From positions 3,844,480-3,908,479 of the forward strand of contig OZ316898.1 in the NCBI GenBank assembly GCA_973895155.1: a stretch of 64,000 nt of DNA. The letters are read 5' to 3'. Made by a program: the position numbers and the translations under genes. The notes under the pieces are model-generated. The model was not told the DNA's origin, did not search any database, and was given only the letters and a program-made list of their open reading frames with translations. Source of the stretch: Marsupella aquatica (taxonomy: Eukaryota > Plantae > Marchantiophyta). Shown one piece after another: positions 26,995 through 38,513 of the stretch; position 1 is the first letter of the stretch, and every line of letters begins with the position of its first letter.

Positions 26995-27660
26995 CTAGCT
27001 CAATACCTGTGCATTGCACAAAACGGCCAAGATGTCGTTGAGAACAAAAGAGGTTGTGTCGGCCAAGAGGTTGTTGAGAAGAAAGATGTTGTGTCGGCCA
27101 AGAGGTCGTTCAGAAGAAAGAATGATGTCATGTCGCCCAAGATGTTGTTGAGAACAAAAGATGTCGTGTTGGCCAAGATGCAGGTGATAACAAAAGATGT
27201 TGTGTCGGTCAAGAGGTCATTGAGAAGGAAGATGTCAAGTCGGCCAAGAGGTTGTTGAGAAGGAAGATGTCGAGTCGGCCAAGAGGTTGTTGAGAAGGAA
27301 TATGTTGTGTCGGCCAAGATGCCAGTGATAACAAAAGATGTAGTGTCGGCCAAGTTATTGAGAACAAAAGATGTCTTGAAGAAAATACCCGTGTGTTGCA
27401 CAATGATGTCATGAAGAAAAAGATGTTGTGTCCCCCAAGATGTTGTTAAGAAAAAAAATGTCATGATGCCCAAGATGTTATTAAGAAAAAAGTTGTCGTG
27501 TCATCTAAGATGTCATTAAGAAAAGCAGACGTTGTGTTGCCCAAGCTGTTGTTATTTAAGAAAAACGATGTTGTGTCACCCAAGATACCGTTAAGAAAAA
27601 AAGATGTGGTGTCGCATAAGATGTTCTTAAGAAAAAAACTGTTGCACAAAAAGGGCGCAG
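26995..27660 (-). mobile_element. Non-autonomous Helitron-like element with ~33-bp minisatellite (copy 3)
   Basis: About 18 units of CCAAGA(T/G)GTTGTTGAGAAGAAAGATGTTGTGTCGG on +, the reverse complement of the 1.3-kb repeat. The minus-strand end reads tgtgcaatgcacaggtattgagCTAG-t (27020-26994). Confidence 0.65.
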
Positions 27661-28069
27661 AAAATGAGTAACAACAACCACAAACTATCACCAGTTAAGA
27701 ATGATTTTTGTCTTTGTATTTTTCATTTTTTAATTCCTTGTAAACCTTTTAAAATGTGAAGAAACTGCACATGATGAAGCTTTAGTTATTGCCCTCAATG
27801 TGTTGCCATTTCATTCAAAAACATATCCATTTTTTAGTGTACTTGTTTTCTTGGAGCAAGTACCAAGTGGAGGGGCAAGTCCAGATTGAGTTCATTGTAT
27901 AGCATATGCAAATACATTAAACTCTAGATAAGTGACACTCTCACTATCCAATTGCACTAATTTTTTTTTCCGTTCCTTGATAAGTGCACACCCCCTAAAA
28001 TTTTTACTTAGTAATAAATGGCATCTCCACAGGTGAGCAGCAGTGTGACTCATTACACAAAATGTGAAT

Positions 28070-30581
28070 TGTAGCAAGGTGATAAAGAGATAAATGACTA
28101 TTTACTCCTTAACAACTCGATTTTGTTTCGGTTAGGAGTGGATAAGATCGAAAAGACCTAATTAACATGATTTGAGAAGTTTACACCAACATTTTTAGGT
28201 TGGAAAGATTTATAATGATCTCCTTAACATAAGTGTTTAACCATAAACTCAAGTGGGTAATCCTTAGGATTCACAGTGCAATAATAAAGACTAAAATTAA
28301 TAAAGATTGAAACTAGAGAGAGAGTAGATAGGAGTTTTCAAAGTGCAAGGGAATTGAATTTCTGACCATCACCACTCCTTCAATAAGGATTATGGCCTAA
28401 TTTAAGATTCAGAAATCAACATTTTCTATGCTTTTGATTTCTCGTAGCAACTCTTCTCCATCTCTTGAATTTAGAAGACAACAATGTAAATCAACCCGGG
28501 ACACTTTTCTGGTCTTGCTTAAGACGGTACTAGGATACTCGAATTGGTTTACTTCTCCTACAATCCTTAAGATTGCTTCTTGAGGAACTCATTCTCCTTC
28601 TCCAACTTCCTCTTATCTGTGGCATCACTCATGGTGGAGATCTTTTCAAGAATTTGCCCTGGTTTTACTCATAACTTCTGAGAAATGTCAGTGATGGCCT
28701 TCTCCATCACAGTGATCTTCTTTTTCACCTTCTGGAATGTGTCTGAGATGATCTAGAAATCAGCTAGGGTGTCTTGGGAGGCATGGCCGGGTGCATCCGG
28801 AAATTCAGCCGGGTCGACGAAGGCCGGGTCGGAAAAGTCCGGGTCGAGGTTCCGGGCAGCAGACCGGGTCTTTCGAGGATTTGTCTCTGCTGGCTCCTCA
28901 TCCTCACTGTCATCAGAGGTGGCCTGGGTGATATCTGGATCTGTCTCTCCATACTTTATGAAGTTGAACTTGGCCAATAGTAATTTCTTCTCCTCTCTGA
29001 ACAAAACTCCTTCAAAGCTATATAGATGTACCAGGTAGCAGGAGAGGGGAGTAGGACTCTTATTGGACAGGTTTTGTACCAACTTCCTTATCAAATCAAA
29101 GATAAGCTTAGCCCAGTTGACTTTTTTTTCTCCTTTGTAAGCAGCAACAATGGTAGAGCCAACTCCAACAGTAACTCTTCTTGGCTTCTTAGGGTACAGC
29201 AGGGGTAGCAGAAAGCTGAAGACTCGTCTCAGATCAGGATCCAAACACTTAGAAACATTGAACCCGTCCTTACTGTTGATGGCTCCTTTGAAGTAAGGGA
29301 GGATTAGATTGACAGCTCTCCCCACTGGACCTTCTCCTTCATCTTCCAATACAAAAGCTCCTACAATCATCATTTGAGTCCATCGCTCAGGTCGGCCTCT
29401 AGAGGTATCCTTAAACTCAGCCGGATACTCCTTGGATCGGATCTCTCTGATCATATCTTCGCTCTGATAACTCCAGGGTAGCTCCATCAGAGACTCACAT
29501 CCCATCCTGAGCAAAGACTCCCTCAGTTTGACCTTCTCAGCTTCATTGTCCGGAATAGCTGGCCTCAGAATTTTCATGGCAATGGGGACCTCCTTTCTCT
29601 TCGATCATCTCATAGGGGCTTTAACCGGAGTAGGTGCAGGTGATGTTGAGGTTGAATGCCCCTTAGAGACGCGAGAAGTGGACATTCCGGCTGGATCCGC
29701 CCCTTGCTCCATAGGATTTCTGCAAGCTGAAAATTGATTTCTGGTATATGTTCTGCCTCCTCTACGGCAAGCTCTACAATGAGGCGACTTCAGAATGTTC
29801 AATCTCTTCGGTGTCGACCACTGGTAGAAATATCCGGGTCGACCTGGCCGCAGCGTTTCTGATCAACTGAAAATCATTTCGGAAGAATTGCATCAAGATT
29901 TTGTCAACCACAATGCAGGGTCATCTAACGTGGGGAAAATCGGGACTCAATCGGGCCTGCAATGGTGATGTCCGGGTTGACCTGGCCTCCCTTCTTACAA
30001 CCGATGTATCCACTATCAGGATCTCAAACTTCTTGCCTTCACTTCCAGCGGTGGAGTAGGCATTCCCCTCACAACGAATCAGTCAGTTCCCTCATATCCA
30101 GGCTCTCATCATGCAATGCAAGATTGGTCCTATAATCCGGACCCAAGATCCTCTACCAAAAGGGTAGAGCCTCCTCACTCTACTGCTTAAACAGCCTAAT
30201 GCGCTCGGGAGCTCAAAACCTACTAAGTTCGGCTTTGAGAGGTGTTAGAGGCCGGATTGACTCTCCTTCCTTATATCCGGATTCTGCTGTGGTCGTGCCT
30301 GTGTTTGACTTATGGTTTTAAAAACTTTGGCAATGGACAGCTGTTGTTGAGTAGAGTCTCGGTATAAGCTTTATATCTCATTCCAGGCTTATAGTAAAAA
30401 GTTCCGGGTCGATCCTCCTTCTCTAATATCAATCCGGGTTGACCTCAGATGGGCTTGAAAGTCTCATAACACTTCAAAGTAGACTTCAGGTCCCTCTTTA
30501 GCCTCATTTGAGATCTTAAACGTACAAATTCTAAAATTTATGGTTAGTTAACCCTTCTTTTATAAACATCCTTATCTCACA
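28070..30581 (-). repeat. 3' LTR (2512 bp, carries a 1092-bp internal deletion)
   Basis: Direct repeat of 38168-38677 plus 39770-41765. Starts tgtagcaagg and ends cttatctcaca on +. Confidence 0.95.
28753..29712 (-). pseudogene. 3'-LTR copy of the LTR-encoded accessory ORF (truncated)
   Basis: Same protein as 39161-40896 and intact across the site frameshifted in the other copy. It has TGA (29605) and TAG (28753) where the other LTR has CGA and CAG, and loses the C-terminus to the deletion. Confidence 0.8.
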
Positions 30582-30584
30582 TAG

Positions 30585-30594
30585 CCCCCTCCTC
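30585..30594 (-). other. Polypurine tract (GAGGAGGGGG)
   Basis: Minus strand GAGGAGGGGG-cta-TGTGAG immediately before the 3' LTR. Confidence 0.85.
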
Positions 30595-30622
30595 AACTGG
30601 TGCAGCGCCCTCGCAAACCTCA

Positions 30623-33600
30623 TTAAGGTGGCATGTGATATTTCTTGACCCTAGAGCCATTTATCCTAGTAGGTAAATCTTCACCCTCTAAATCTGTTAA
30701 CTGCAGTGATCCATTGGGAAAGACTTCTTTCACCAAGTATGGCCCTAACCACCGAGTATGCAACTTCCCCGGGAAAACCATGTGCCGATTATCATATAAT
30801 AAGACATAATTCCCTGATTCTATATCAACTTTCTTCATCTTCCGATTGTAACGAACAGTTCTCATTTGCTGTTGTTTATTTGTTTCGGTTAAGGCAAGGT
30901 ATCTATCCTCTTCCAAGTTTTCCAAAGCAGCAAGCCTGAGATCTTGATTGGTTTCGATGTTTAATCTATTAATGGAACTAATTCGGTGGGTAGGAAGATC
31001 AAACTCAATGGGCACAATACTTGCTAAGCCATATACCAAGTAAAAAGGTGTGTGTTTAGTTATGATCTTCTCTGCTGTCCGATATGCCCACAAGGCAGAA
31101 TGGAGTTTTTGGTCCCAGTCAGTTTTGTGTGCGGACACAATCTTGGTTAAGATTCGCCCCATTAGCCCATTTGCCCTCTCCGTTAATCCATTTGCTTTGG
31201 GATTATAGGGAGTTGTTTTCCTGTGCTTAATTAAATATAAGTCAGTGATATGTTGAATAGTTTGGTTAAGAAAATGCAAACCTCGATCGCTGACCAATTC
31301 CAATGGACATCCAAACCGGGTGATGATGTCTTCAAATAAAAACTTGGCGGCTGTTGCTGCATCATTTTTCTTAGTCGCTCGAGCTTCAACCCATTTCGTG
31401 GCATAGTCGGTTGCTAAGATAATGTATCAAGCCCGTGTCCGAGCGGCAGCAGGTTGGATAGGGCCTATGAAGTCAATTCCCCATTTTTCGAAAGGTGCCA
31501 ATGGTAAAATTGGGGTTAGTGGCCAATGAGAAGAGGAAGATGGTCTGCCATACCTTTGGCAAGGATCACAAGCTTTGATATACTGATAGGTGTCCCTATG
31601 CATAGTCGGCCACCAGTATCCGGCCGCTTGAATCTTCTTGACAGTCACATTCACTGCATAATACCCTCCAGCTTCTTCTGTGTGCATAGCTGAAATAACT
31701 CGAGATATTTCTTTGGTTTCTAGACATCTTTTTAATTTCTGATCGGGTGTGAGCTTATACAAGATCCCATTTTGCAAGGTGTAAGGGGAAATCTTGTGGA
31801 TAAAAACAGCTTGTTGCTCAAGGCTGAGATTCTTAGGAAGTGTGCTCGTGAGCAAGGCCTGGACTATATCAAAGTATAAGGATTCAGATCCTTCTATATG
31901 CCATAGGTGCTCATCTGGAAAAACATCTGTTAAGGGAGTGGAACTTTCTGGACCGGGGAGTCTAGATAAATAATCTGCATTTTCATGATGTTGGCCCGGT
32001 CTAACTACCACCTCAAAATCAAATTCTTGTAACAACAATACCCAACGAGCAATTCGTCCGGATAAATCTGGTTGGTTCACTAAGTACTTAAGAGAAGAGT
32101 GGTCGGTGTGGAAGATAGTTTTATACCCTAGGAGGTAATGCCTGAATTTTTTGCAAGAAAAAATGACTCCCAAGGGTTCTCGTTCAGTCACTGAATAGTT
32201 CTTCTCTGCCGCATTCATTTGTCGGCTGGCATAATATATAGGGTGGTCCTTTTTATTATCATCTTGCTGGCTTAGGACCGCTCCTATACAAAATGCAGAA
32301 GCATCAATGTATACATGGAAATCTTTATCCCCATCAGGTGGAATTAAGATAGGTGCGGAAGTAAGTTTACTCTTGAGTTTCTCGAAGGCGTGTTGTCTCT
32401 CCTTTGTCCATTGGTACTCCACATCTTTCTTTAGCAGTTGTGTTAAGGGCATAGCCAGATCTGCATAAAGGCGAATGAACCTCCGGTAGTAACCTACATA
32501 GCCCAAGAAGCCTCGAAGCTCTCTAAGGTGAGTGGGCGGCTTCAGATTTTCAATAACTCTCACCTTCTCCGCATCCACTGCGATTCCTCGTTGGGAAATG
32601 ACATGTCCTAGAAGAATTCCCTCTTGCATCCCAATGAAACATTTATCTGGGTGTAAACAAAGTTGAGCCTCTCTACACTTCTGAAAAGTAAGTCTTAGCT
32701 TTGCAAGATGAGATTCGGTAGAGGAGAAAACACACAAATTATCTATAAATATTTCTAGAAATCTATGAAGATACTCTTGGAATATGATCATCATAATCCT
32801 TTGGAATGTTCTAGGAGCGTTACACAACCCAAACGGCATTACATTAAAAGCATAAGTACCCCAATCTGTTGTAAAAGTGGTCTTATCCCTGTCTTCTTCC
32901 CTCACGGAAACTTGGTTGTATCCTGAATACCCGTCAAGAAAACTGAATAGAGCATGACCTGCTATTGTGTCCAAAACGAGGTCAATAAATGGTTAGTAGA
33001 GGGTAGTGATCTTTCCTGGTCACCGCATTGAGCTTGCGATAATCTTGACACACACGGATCTTGACCTTGCCATCAGGTCCAGACTTCTTGGGAACAATGA
33101 CAATGGGGGATACCCATTCGCTGCTGAGTACTGGAAAAATAAATCCTGCTTCAGTTAGCTTATCTATCTCTTCTTTAACCATAATGGAGTACTTAGGGTT
33201 GAGTCGGTACTATCTTTGCCGAATTGGTACTGATCCTTCAATAAGATCAATTCGTTGTTGTCCCAGATATGGATGAATTCCCTTAATGTCCTTGTGGCTC
33301 CAAGCAAACACATCACGGTATTGCTTGAGCAGATCGATGTATTTTTCTCTCAAATCTCCTTGAGTGTGTTTACTTATGTTAAGAAATTTACCAGGTTCTA
33401 TTTCAATTTTCTGACAGGCTTTTGGATCCACAATCCCCTCCGTAAACCCCATAGGTTGAAATTCTTTATAGTTGTCAGCAGACTCATCCGTTGAACTTAG
33501 AATTTTACCAGTAGGTGCCTTACTTCCGTCGTTATTCTCAGAAAAAAATTCAGAAGATTTTGAGTTCCGAAAGTCCTCCATTTCTTCTTTTTGAGCCTGG

Positions 33601-34540
33601 TCCGGGTCCTTTAATTGTCAATCTGGACTTTGTCCGGATTCCGGGTCTCATTGAATCCGGGTCCGGGTTGAGTCTCCCTTGTTAAATGGTGCAAGTTTGG
33701 GTGGTACAGGGAACTAGCTCCGTTGGCTTCATTTAATGTTGGTGCTTCAAACTCAAAAATATCTAAAAATCTTACATCCTCTTCCCTTAGTTGCACTTTG
33801 GACTTCTTGCTCCTGGTAGGTGTTTCTTCCCCATCGGAAGATGTGATGGTGGACTCAGAGGTATACCCGTCATCTTCTTCTGTTTCTCCTTGATGGGATT
33901 CGTCTTCCCAACTTAGGATAACTCGAGGCGAACCAAATGAAAATTGCTTAGCATGCCAATTAACTTTAACTTGGGCCATGTACAACCATGGTCGTCCAAG
34001 AAGAATTGGGAAGGAAGAAGGAGTGCTAGGTTGAATGATGATATAATCTAATTTGAAATTGCGCCCTCCAATTATAGTATCCACCTTTTTTATGGCTCCA
34101 GCGGGTATCACTCTGGTCTGGTCGGCCATTCTCAAAATTTTCGGAGTAGGATCAAACTTAAGGAATCCCAACTCTGTTGCAGTAGCCTCTGTCATGATAT
34201 TTACACTAGAGCCACCATCAACGGGTACCTTGGTGATCACACAACCTGCAATTTGAACTTCAATTTCTGGGGGTCCATAGTCCTTTGATTCAATTTGCAT
34301 ACACTGGTGAACACTGGGCAATTTGAAGGATCTTCGCCTAGAAGAAACTAGAGTCTTCATTTGTTTCCGAAAATTTGGATTGGAGCGCAATAACTCCCCA
34401 AAGGTAATGTTGGCTTTTAAACCACTAACATCCTCAACAATATTGAAAGGAGAATGAAGGCCATCAATTCTTAGTCGAACAGGATCTACTTCAAATTGAA
34501 CTTTCTTAAGAGGGATATTGTCACTAGGACTTTGCTTCTT
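30623..34540 (-). pseudogene. pol: pol (protease, reverse transcriptase, RNase H, integrase), disrupted
   Basis: PR: VPVDGGSSVNIM...ILLGRPWL. RT: SEWVSPIVIVPKK...RVCQDYRKLN...KDHYPL, FLDGYSGYNQ, MPFGLCNAP, with catalytic YXDD changed to FIDN. RH: YIDASAFCIGAVL, NYSVTERE, TDHSSL. IN: MH..GGYY..CDPCQ, WGIDFIGP, LVSDRG, ANGLTER, WLGPY. Broken by frameshifts and stops near 34545, 33610, 33210, 32980 and 31427. Confidence 0.95.
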
Positions 34541-34542
34541 TC

Positions 34543-36627
34543 CTACAATAGACCTTCTGCTACTGGTGCTGGTTCTGCCATTAATTCTTCTTGGAGTATC
34601 TCCTTTACCTCCTTTGAAATGTCTGGCAGAAAATACTTAGGGTCATAGCGGTCATATGCCGCATCATCCTTGTCCTCTGCCAGAGCTACCGATCCTTTAG
34701 GTTTGTCTTGCTTCTTTTCAGATTTCTTTCGAGGTTCCTTTTGTAATTCCTCCTTTTCTTGTGTCTTTTTGGACTTGGTGGTTGCAAAAACATTCAGGAT
34801 CCTGTCTCTATTGCGCATTCTTAGATTTGGCTGTCCTTTTTCTTCCTCCTTTATTAAATGTTCACAATCACGGTCATAGGTAATACCCGCCAATGGTTGT
34901 AACCGTATGGGATCCTGCCATTTCTTCACTTCTAGAAGCTGGTCGGGAGTCACTTCTTCACTCTGATCTACAAGCCGACATTGTTCAAAATGGGAGTCCG
35001 CATCTTCTTCTAGGTAAACCAACCTGACGGCTGAGTCTGTTTTTATTGGTGCAGCAGGCGGGTCCTTCACATATCGTACCATCATCTTGGCCTTGGGTGG
35101 TTGGGGACATTCCAATGGAAGATGCCCTTCTTGTCCACAATTACCACACATTGGTGAATACCCCGTATCCCTCTTTGGCCATGGGCATGAAGGGGAATAG
35201 TGATCCTTTGATCCACAATTCCAACACTCACCCCTATTCATTTGATTTCGTGGGGGATATCCTCCTGGTGGTGCCATAGGAGGTTTATATACTGGCCTAT
35301 TGAAATTGGAGTTTTGTCGTGGCGGTGGAAAGTATTGAATAGGAGGGGGAGTTGATGGTCCGGTCTGGATTTGATACGCCACTTCAGGGAACACAGTCTG
35401 GTAAGAAGGGTCCTCATAATTCCCTTCTACCATTCCTTCATCATTGAAGACATAATTGACTCGGGAGGCCGTGGGACACTCATGGGGATAATGCCCCATC
35501 TTTCTACAAAGGGAACACCAAACATTGTGTCTTAAAACTCGTGGTGTTTTCCTTGGACCTTTTATAGAAGCTAAATTCACAGACAGACTTTTCATTTCCT
35601 TAGTGAGTGAGGACAACATTCCTTTCATTTTTTCCACTTCCTTCTTTGCTTTATTGGTTGTGTCCACTTTCTTAGGTTTTATGTCCTTATCCGAGTCCGA
35701 GTCCGAAGATGAGTCATCTGAGTCGCTACTGGAGGTGCTAGAAGAGTCATCACTATTGGAATCCGAAGAGGAAGTCTCAGATGAAGAGGATTCGTCTTTC
35801 CTCTTACTTTTCTTCTTTCCCTTCTTCTTCCCTTTCTTCTGTTTCGCTTTTTCCCGTCTCAGCTCCTTTACCAACTGTTTCCTCTGGCTCATTTCTGAAT
35901 CAACATAAGATTGGGCCTTGGAATAGGCTTCATCTAATGTAGCAGGTTCTGACCTCCGCACAAAACGATTCATCTTTGGATACAATCCTTGGATAAACCA
36001 TTCCTTTACCAGGTGAGCGCCAGGTGTGGGGGTTACTCTCCGAGCCAACTTACTTACTCGTTGCATATAGGCTCTAAGGGAGTCTCCTTTCTTCATTGCA
36101 ACAGAACTGAGTCGAGTGAAGGCCCGAGAAGTAGCTCCTTCTTCCTTGAATTCATTGAGAAATTCAGCCTTTACAGTGGCCCAATCTGTTTTGTCCGGCA
36201 ATCCTGAATACCAGGTTCTTGCTTCTCCTTTCATTAATCCACCAAAGATTTTAGCTTTCATATCGGGGGTGTCATCGCCATTTGAAGTGGCAATGGCTTC
36301 AAAGTCTTCAATCCAAGTATCAGCATCTGCCTTCTTTCCACGGAAGTTTTTGTACTTAACTCTTCCTCTACTCGTCATGGTGGAGGTAGGATTCCTTTGA
36401 GAGGAAGTACTACTTACAGAATTCACAATTGCACGCAGTGTACTAGGTGGAACACTTGAATTGCTAGTACCGCTAATTGTTGGAGGGCTTGGAGTCACAA
36501 GTGATTCTAGATCAGTGGTCAACGTTACTCTTCTTTCTCCAATTTGACTTTCCTTTGTTTGACATACCAACTCATAAATCTGATTGGAATAATTGAATGA
36601 ATTGATCCTCATGAGATTCCTGGACAT
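34543..36627 (-). CDS. gag: gag (retrotransposon capsid domain, Ser/Asp- and Lys-rich linker, three CCHC zinc knuckles)
   Basis: Capsid-like DADTWIEDFE...GEARTWY...WATVKAEFLNEF...WFIQGL; knuckles CSLCRKMGHYPHEC, CWNCGSKDHYSPSC and CGNCGQEGHLPLEC. Confidence 0.92.
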   Translation of the reverse strand: MSRNLMRINSFNYSNQIYELVCQTKESQIGERRVTLTTDLESLVTPSPPTISGTSNSSVPPSTLRAIVNSVSSTSSQRNPTSTMTSRGRVKYKNFRGKKADADTWIEDFEAIATSNGDDTPDMKAKIFGGLMKGEARTWYSGLPDKTDWATVKAEFLNEFKEEGATSRAFTRLSSVAMKKGDSLRAYMQRVSKLARRVTPTPGAHLVKEWFIQGLYPKMNRFVRRSEPATLDEAYSKAQSYVDSEMSQRKQLVKELRREKAKQKKGKKKGKKKSKRKDESSSSETSSSDSNSDDSSSTSSSDSDDSSSDSDSDKDIKPKKVDTTNKAKKEVEKMKGMLSSLTKEMKSLSVNLASIKGPRKTPRVLRHNVWCSLCRKMGHYPHECPTASRVNYVFNDEGMVEGNYEDPSYQTVFPEVAYQIQTGPSTPPPIQYFPPPRQNSNFNRPVYKPPMAPPGGYPPRNQMNRGECWNCGSKDHYSPSCPWPKRDTGYSPMCGNCGQEGHLPLECPQPPKAKMMVRYVKDPPAAPIKTDSAVRLVYLEEDADSHFEQCRLVDQSEEVTPDQLLEVKKWQDPIRLQPLAGITYDRDCEHLIKEEEKGQPNLRMRNRDRILNVFATTKSKKTQEKEELQKEPRKKSEKKQDKPKGSVALAEDKDDAAYDRYDPKYFLPDISKEVKEILQEELMAEPAPVAEGLL

Positions 36628-36847
36628 ACTCCTCTTTTTCTTGCCGAGGGTCCACCCTGAGGTTCCCTAGGTCACGACATTACTTCTTACCTTCTGAGTT
36701 TCCGGGTGCCTTTTGGGTACGACGGTTCAAACCCGGCTTCTGATCCGGGTCGGACAATGGCCTACCCGGACATTTGTCCGGGTCCGGGTTGGACATTGGT
36801 CCGGGTCTCTTCTTCTCCCTACTTCCTCTTCCAAAAAGACAATCTTC

Positions 36848-37114
36848 TTACTGCTGATCTCTTCTCCTATCATTCCTCCTGGTCATGAGGTCTCTGGCCA
36901 ATTCTGAAGTTGAAATAACAATGTATCTTTCTCCGCTGATCCTTCCGTTCAGTTTGAGAATTACTAAATGTAGGAGATCTCCTTCCCACCACGTGATTGA
37001 TAACCAGTGAATCCCTCGTCTACCTCTTAGACTGAGTACTCTTGTTCGCAAATAATAATCTCTAATGTTTTGAACTCTAAAACTACCAAGTGATCTTGGT
37101 TGGGGTCTCGGCAT
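36848..37114 (-). CDS. Small basic accessory ORF upstream of gag (88 aa), unknown function
   Basis: ATG lies 10 nt after the end of the 295-aa ORF, on the same strand as gag. No recognisable domain. Confidence 0.4.
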   Translation of the reverse strand: MPRPQPRSLGSFRVQNIRDYYLRTRVLSLRGRRGIHWLSITWWEGDLLHLVILKLNGRISGERYIVISTSELARDLMTRRNDRRRDQQ

Positions 37115-37123
37115 TTTGGGGTA

Positions 37124-38011
37124 TCAATTTAAATCTACTTGGAAGAATCCATTGTTCAACACCACTTGCTCTACTGACGTCCTATATCCATTCAATAGAT
37201 TTTCTAGGAAATCAAGTGCATCTACCCAAGGTTCACTAATCTCATGTAATACGGCTAACGTCTCCTTGATTTTGATTTCCTCTGTTTCAGACGCCCAAAT
37301 AGTATAGTGCTTGTGCTTCTTTAACAGAAATTCAAAATCATTCTCCTCCTTGATGGGTAATAACTTATACTCACCATCATCAATCCAAAGTCTCTTCAAT
37401 ACTAAAACATTGGCCAAATCAAACATTTTTGGCAAATCGGAACTCCATTGAAAACAGGGTTTTCCTGCCCTCCAATCCTTCCACTTGAGTAGAATCCAAC
37501 GGTTTCTATTATAATGGTCCAATGTTCCTATCAACTCTTGCCTTTCCAAAGTCACAACAGGCTTCTCTTCATTTAGACGTACATTTGAATTCTCATAGAA
37601 CTTCCCTAGTACATTGTCAAGCTTGTTTCTCCAATATTGATCTCCTTTCAATGTTGCCAATGCTTCCTTTAATTCCTCTTCAATTTCTATGTCTAGGATT
37701 TCCTCTTCAATGTGGTGGTCCCTCAATAAATCAGGAATGCAATCCTTGTCGAATTCTTCATCATAAGTGGCTTCCACCAATTCGAATCTACCATTTACAA
37801 ATCTTCTAAAAATCAACAAACAATCAAGAAAAACATTCGTGTCCCATGAATCAACTTTAATCAATTCTCCTCCCCAAAAGTAACTTCCTCCACTACTTCT
37901 CACAATTGTTGCTCTTGAATGTGTAGTAGCATCTTTGATATTTTGGGTTTGGTTCTCTCTTGACTTGATTTGGGCTCTCTCCCTCTTTTGAGGTCGATTT
38001 CTCCTCACCAT
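37124..38011 (-). CDS. Retrotransposon extra 5' ORF between PBS and gag (295 aa), unknown function
   Basis: Uninterrupted ATG-initiated 888-nt ORF, sense to gag, with globular-protein-like composition (Trp/Phe/acidic) and a basic N-terminus. Confidence 0.7.
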   Translation of the reverse strand: MVRRNRPQKRERAQIKSRENQTQNIKDATTHSRATIVRSSGGSYFWGGELIKVDSWDTNVFLDCLLIFRRFVNGRFELVEATYDEEFDKDCIPDLLRDHHIEEEILDIEIEEELKEALATLKGDQYWRNKLDNVLGKFYENSNVRLNEEKPVVTLERQELIGTLDHYNRNRWILLKWKDWRAGKPCFQWSSDLPKMFDLANVLVLKRLWIDDGEYKLLPIKEENDFEFLLKKHKHYTIWASETEEIKIKETLAVLHEISEPWVDALDFLENLLNGYRTSVEQVVLNNGFFQVDLN

Positions 38012-38133
38012 AACTTAGGAGGTTCCAGCCTCTTTTCCTTAATCAAGTACCTTTTTGCCGTTACTTCTTGACTTGTTTTTGTTGATCTCCTTTTGACATC
38101 CACTGTCGCGACAGGTCTCCCGATCTCAGTTAC

Positions 38134-38151
38134 TCCCCGGCAGCAGCGCCA
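38134..38151 (-). other. Primer-binding site, tRNA-Asp type (TGGCGCTGCTGCCGGGGA)
   Basis: 16/18 match to TGGCGCCGTTGCCGGGGA, the complement of the plant tRNA-Asp 3' end used by Athila-like elements. Confidence 0.8.
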
Positions 38152-38513
38152 AAAAGAGTGTATAGTATGTAGCAAGGTGATAAAGAGATAAATGACTATT
38201 TACTCCTTAACAACTCGATTTCGTTTCGGTTAGGAGTGGATAAGATCGAAAAGACCTAATTAACATGATATGAGAAGTTTACACCAACATTCTTAGGTTG
38301 GAAAGATTTATAATGATCTCCTTAACATAAGTGTTTAACCATAAACTCAAGTGGGTAATCCTTAGGATTCACAGTGCAATAATAAAGACTAGAATTAATA
38401 AAGATTGAAACTAGAGAGAGAGTAGATAGGATTTTTCAAAGTGCAAGGGAATTGAATTTCTGACCATCACCACTCCTTCAATAAGGATTATGGCCTAATT
38501 TAAGATTCAGAAA

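Noticed and set aside
27000-27691. ORFs of 157, 67 and 76 aa; CRISPR-like look of the repeats
   Set aside because: These are translations of the minisatellite. Units are contiguous and degenerate, with no unique spacers and no cas genes, in eukaryotic DNA.
34543-34635. Programmed -1 frameshift between gag and pol
   Set aside because: The frames overlap in -1, but no canonical slippery heptamer is visible and pol has other random frameshifts. A mutational indel is equally likely.
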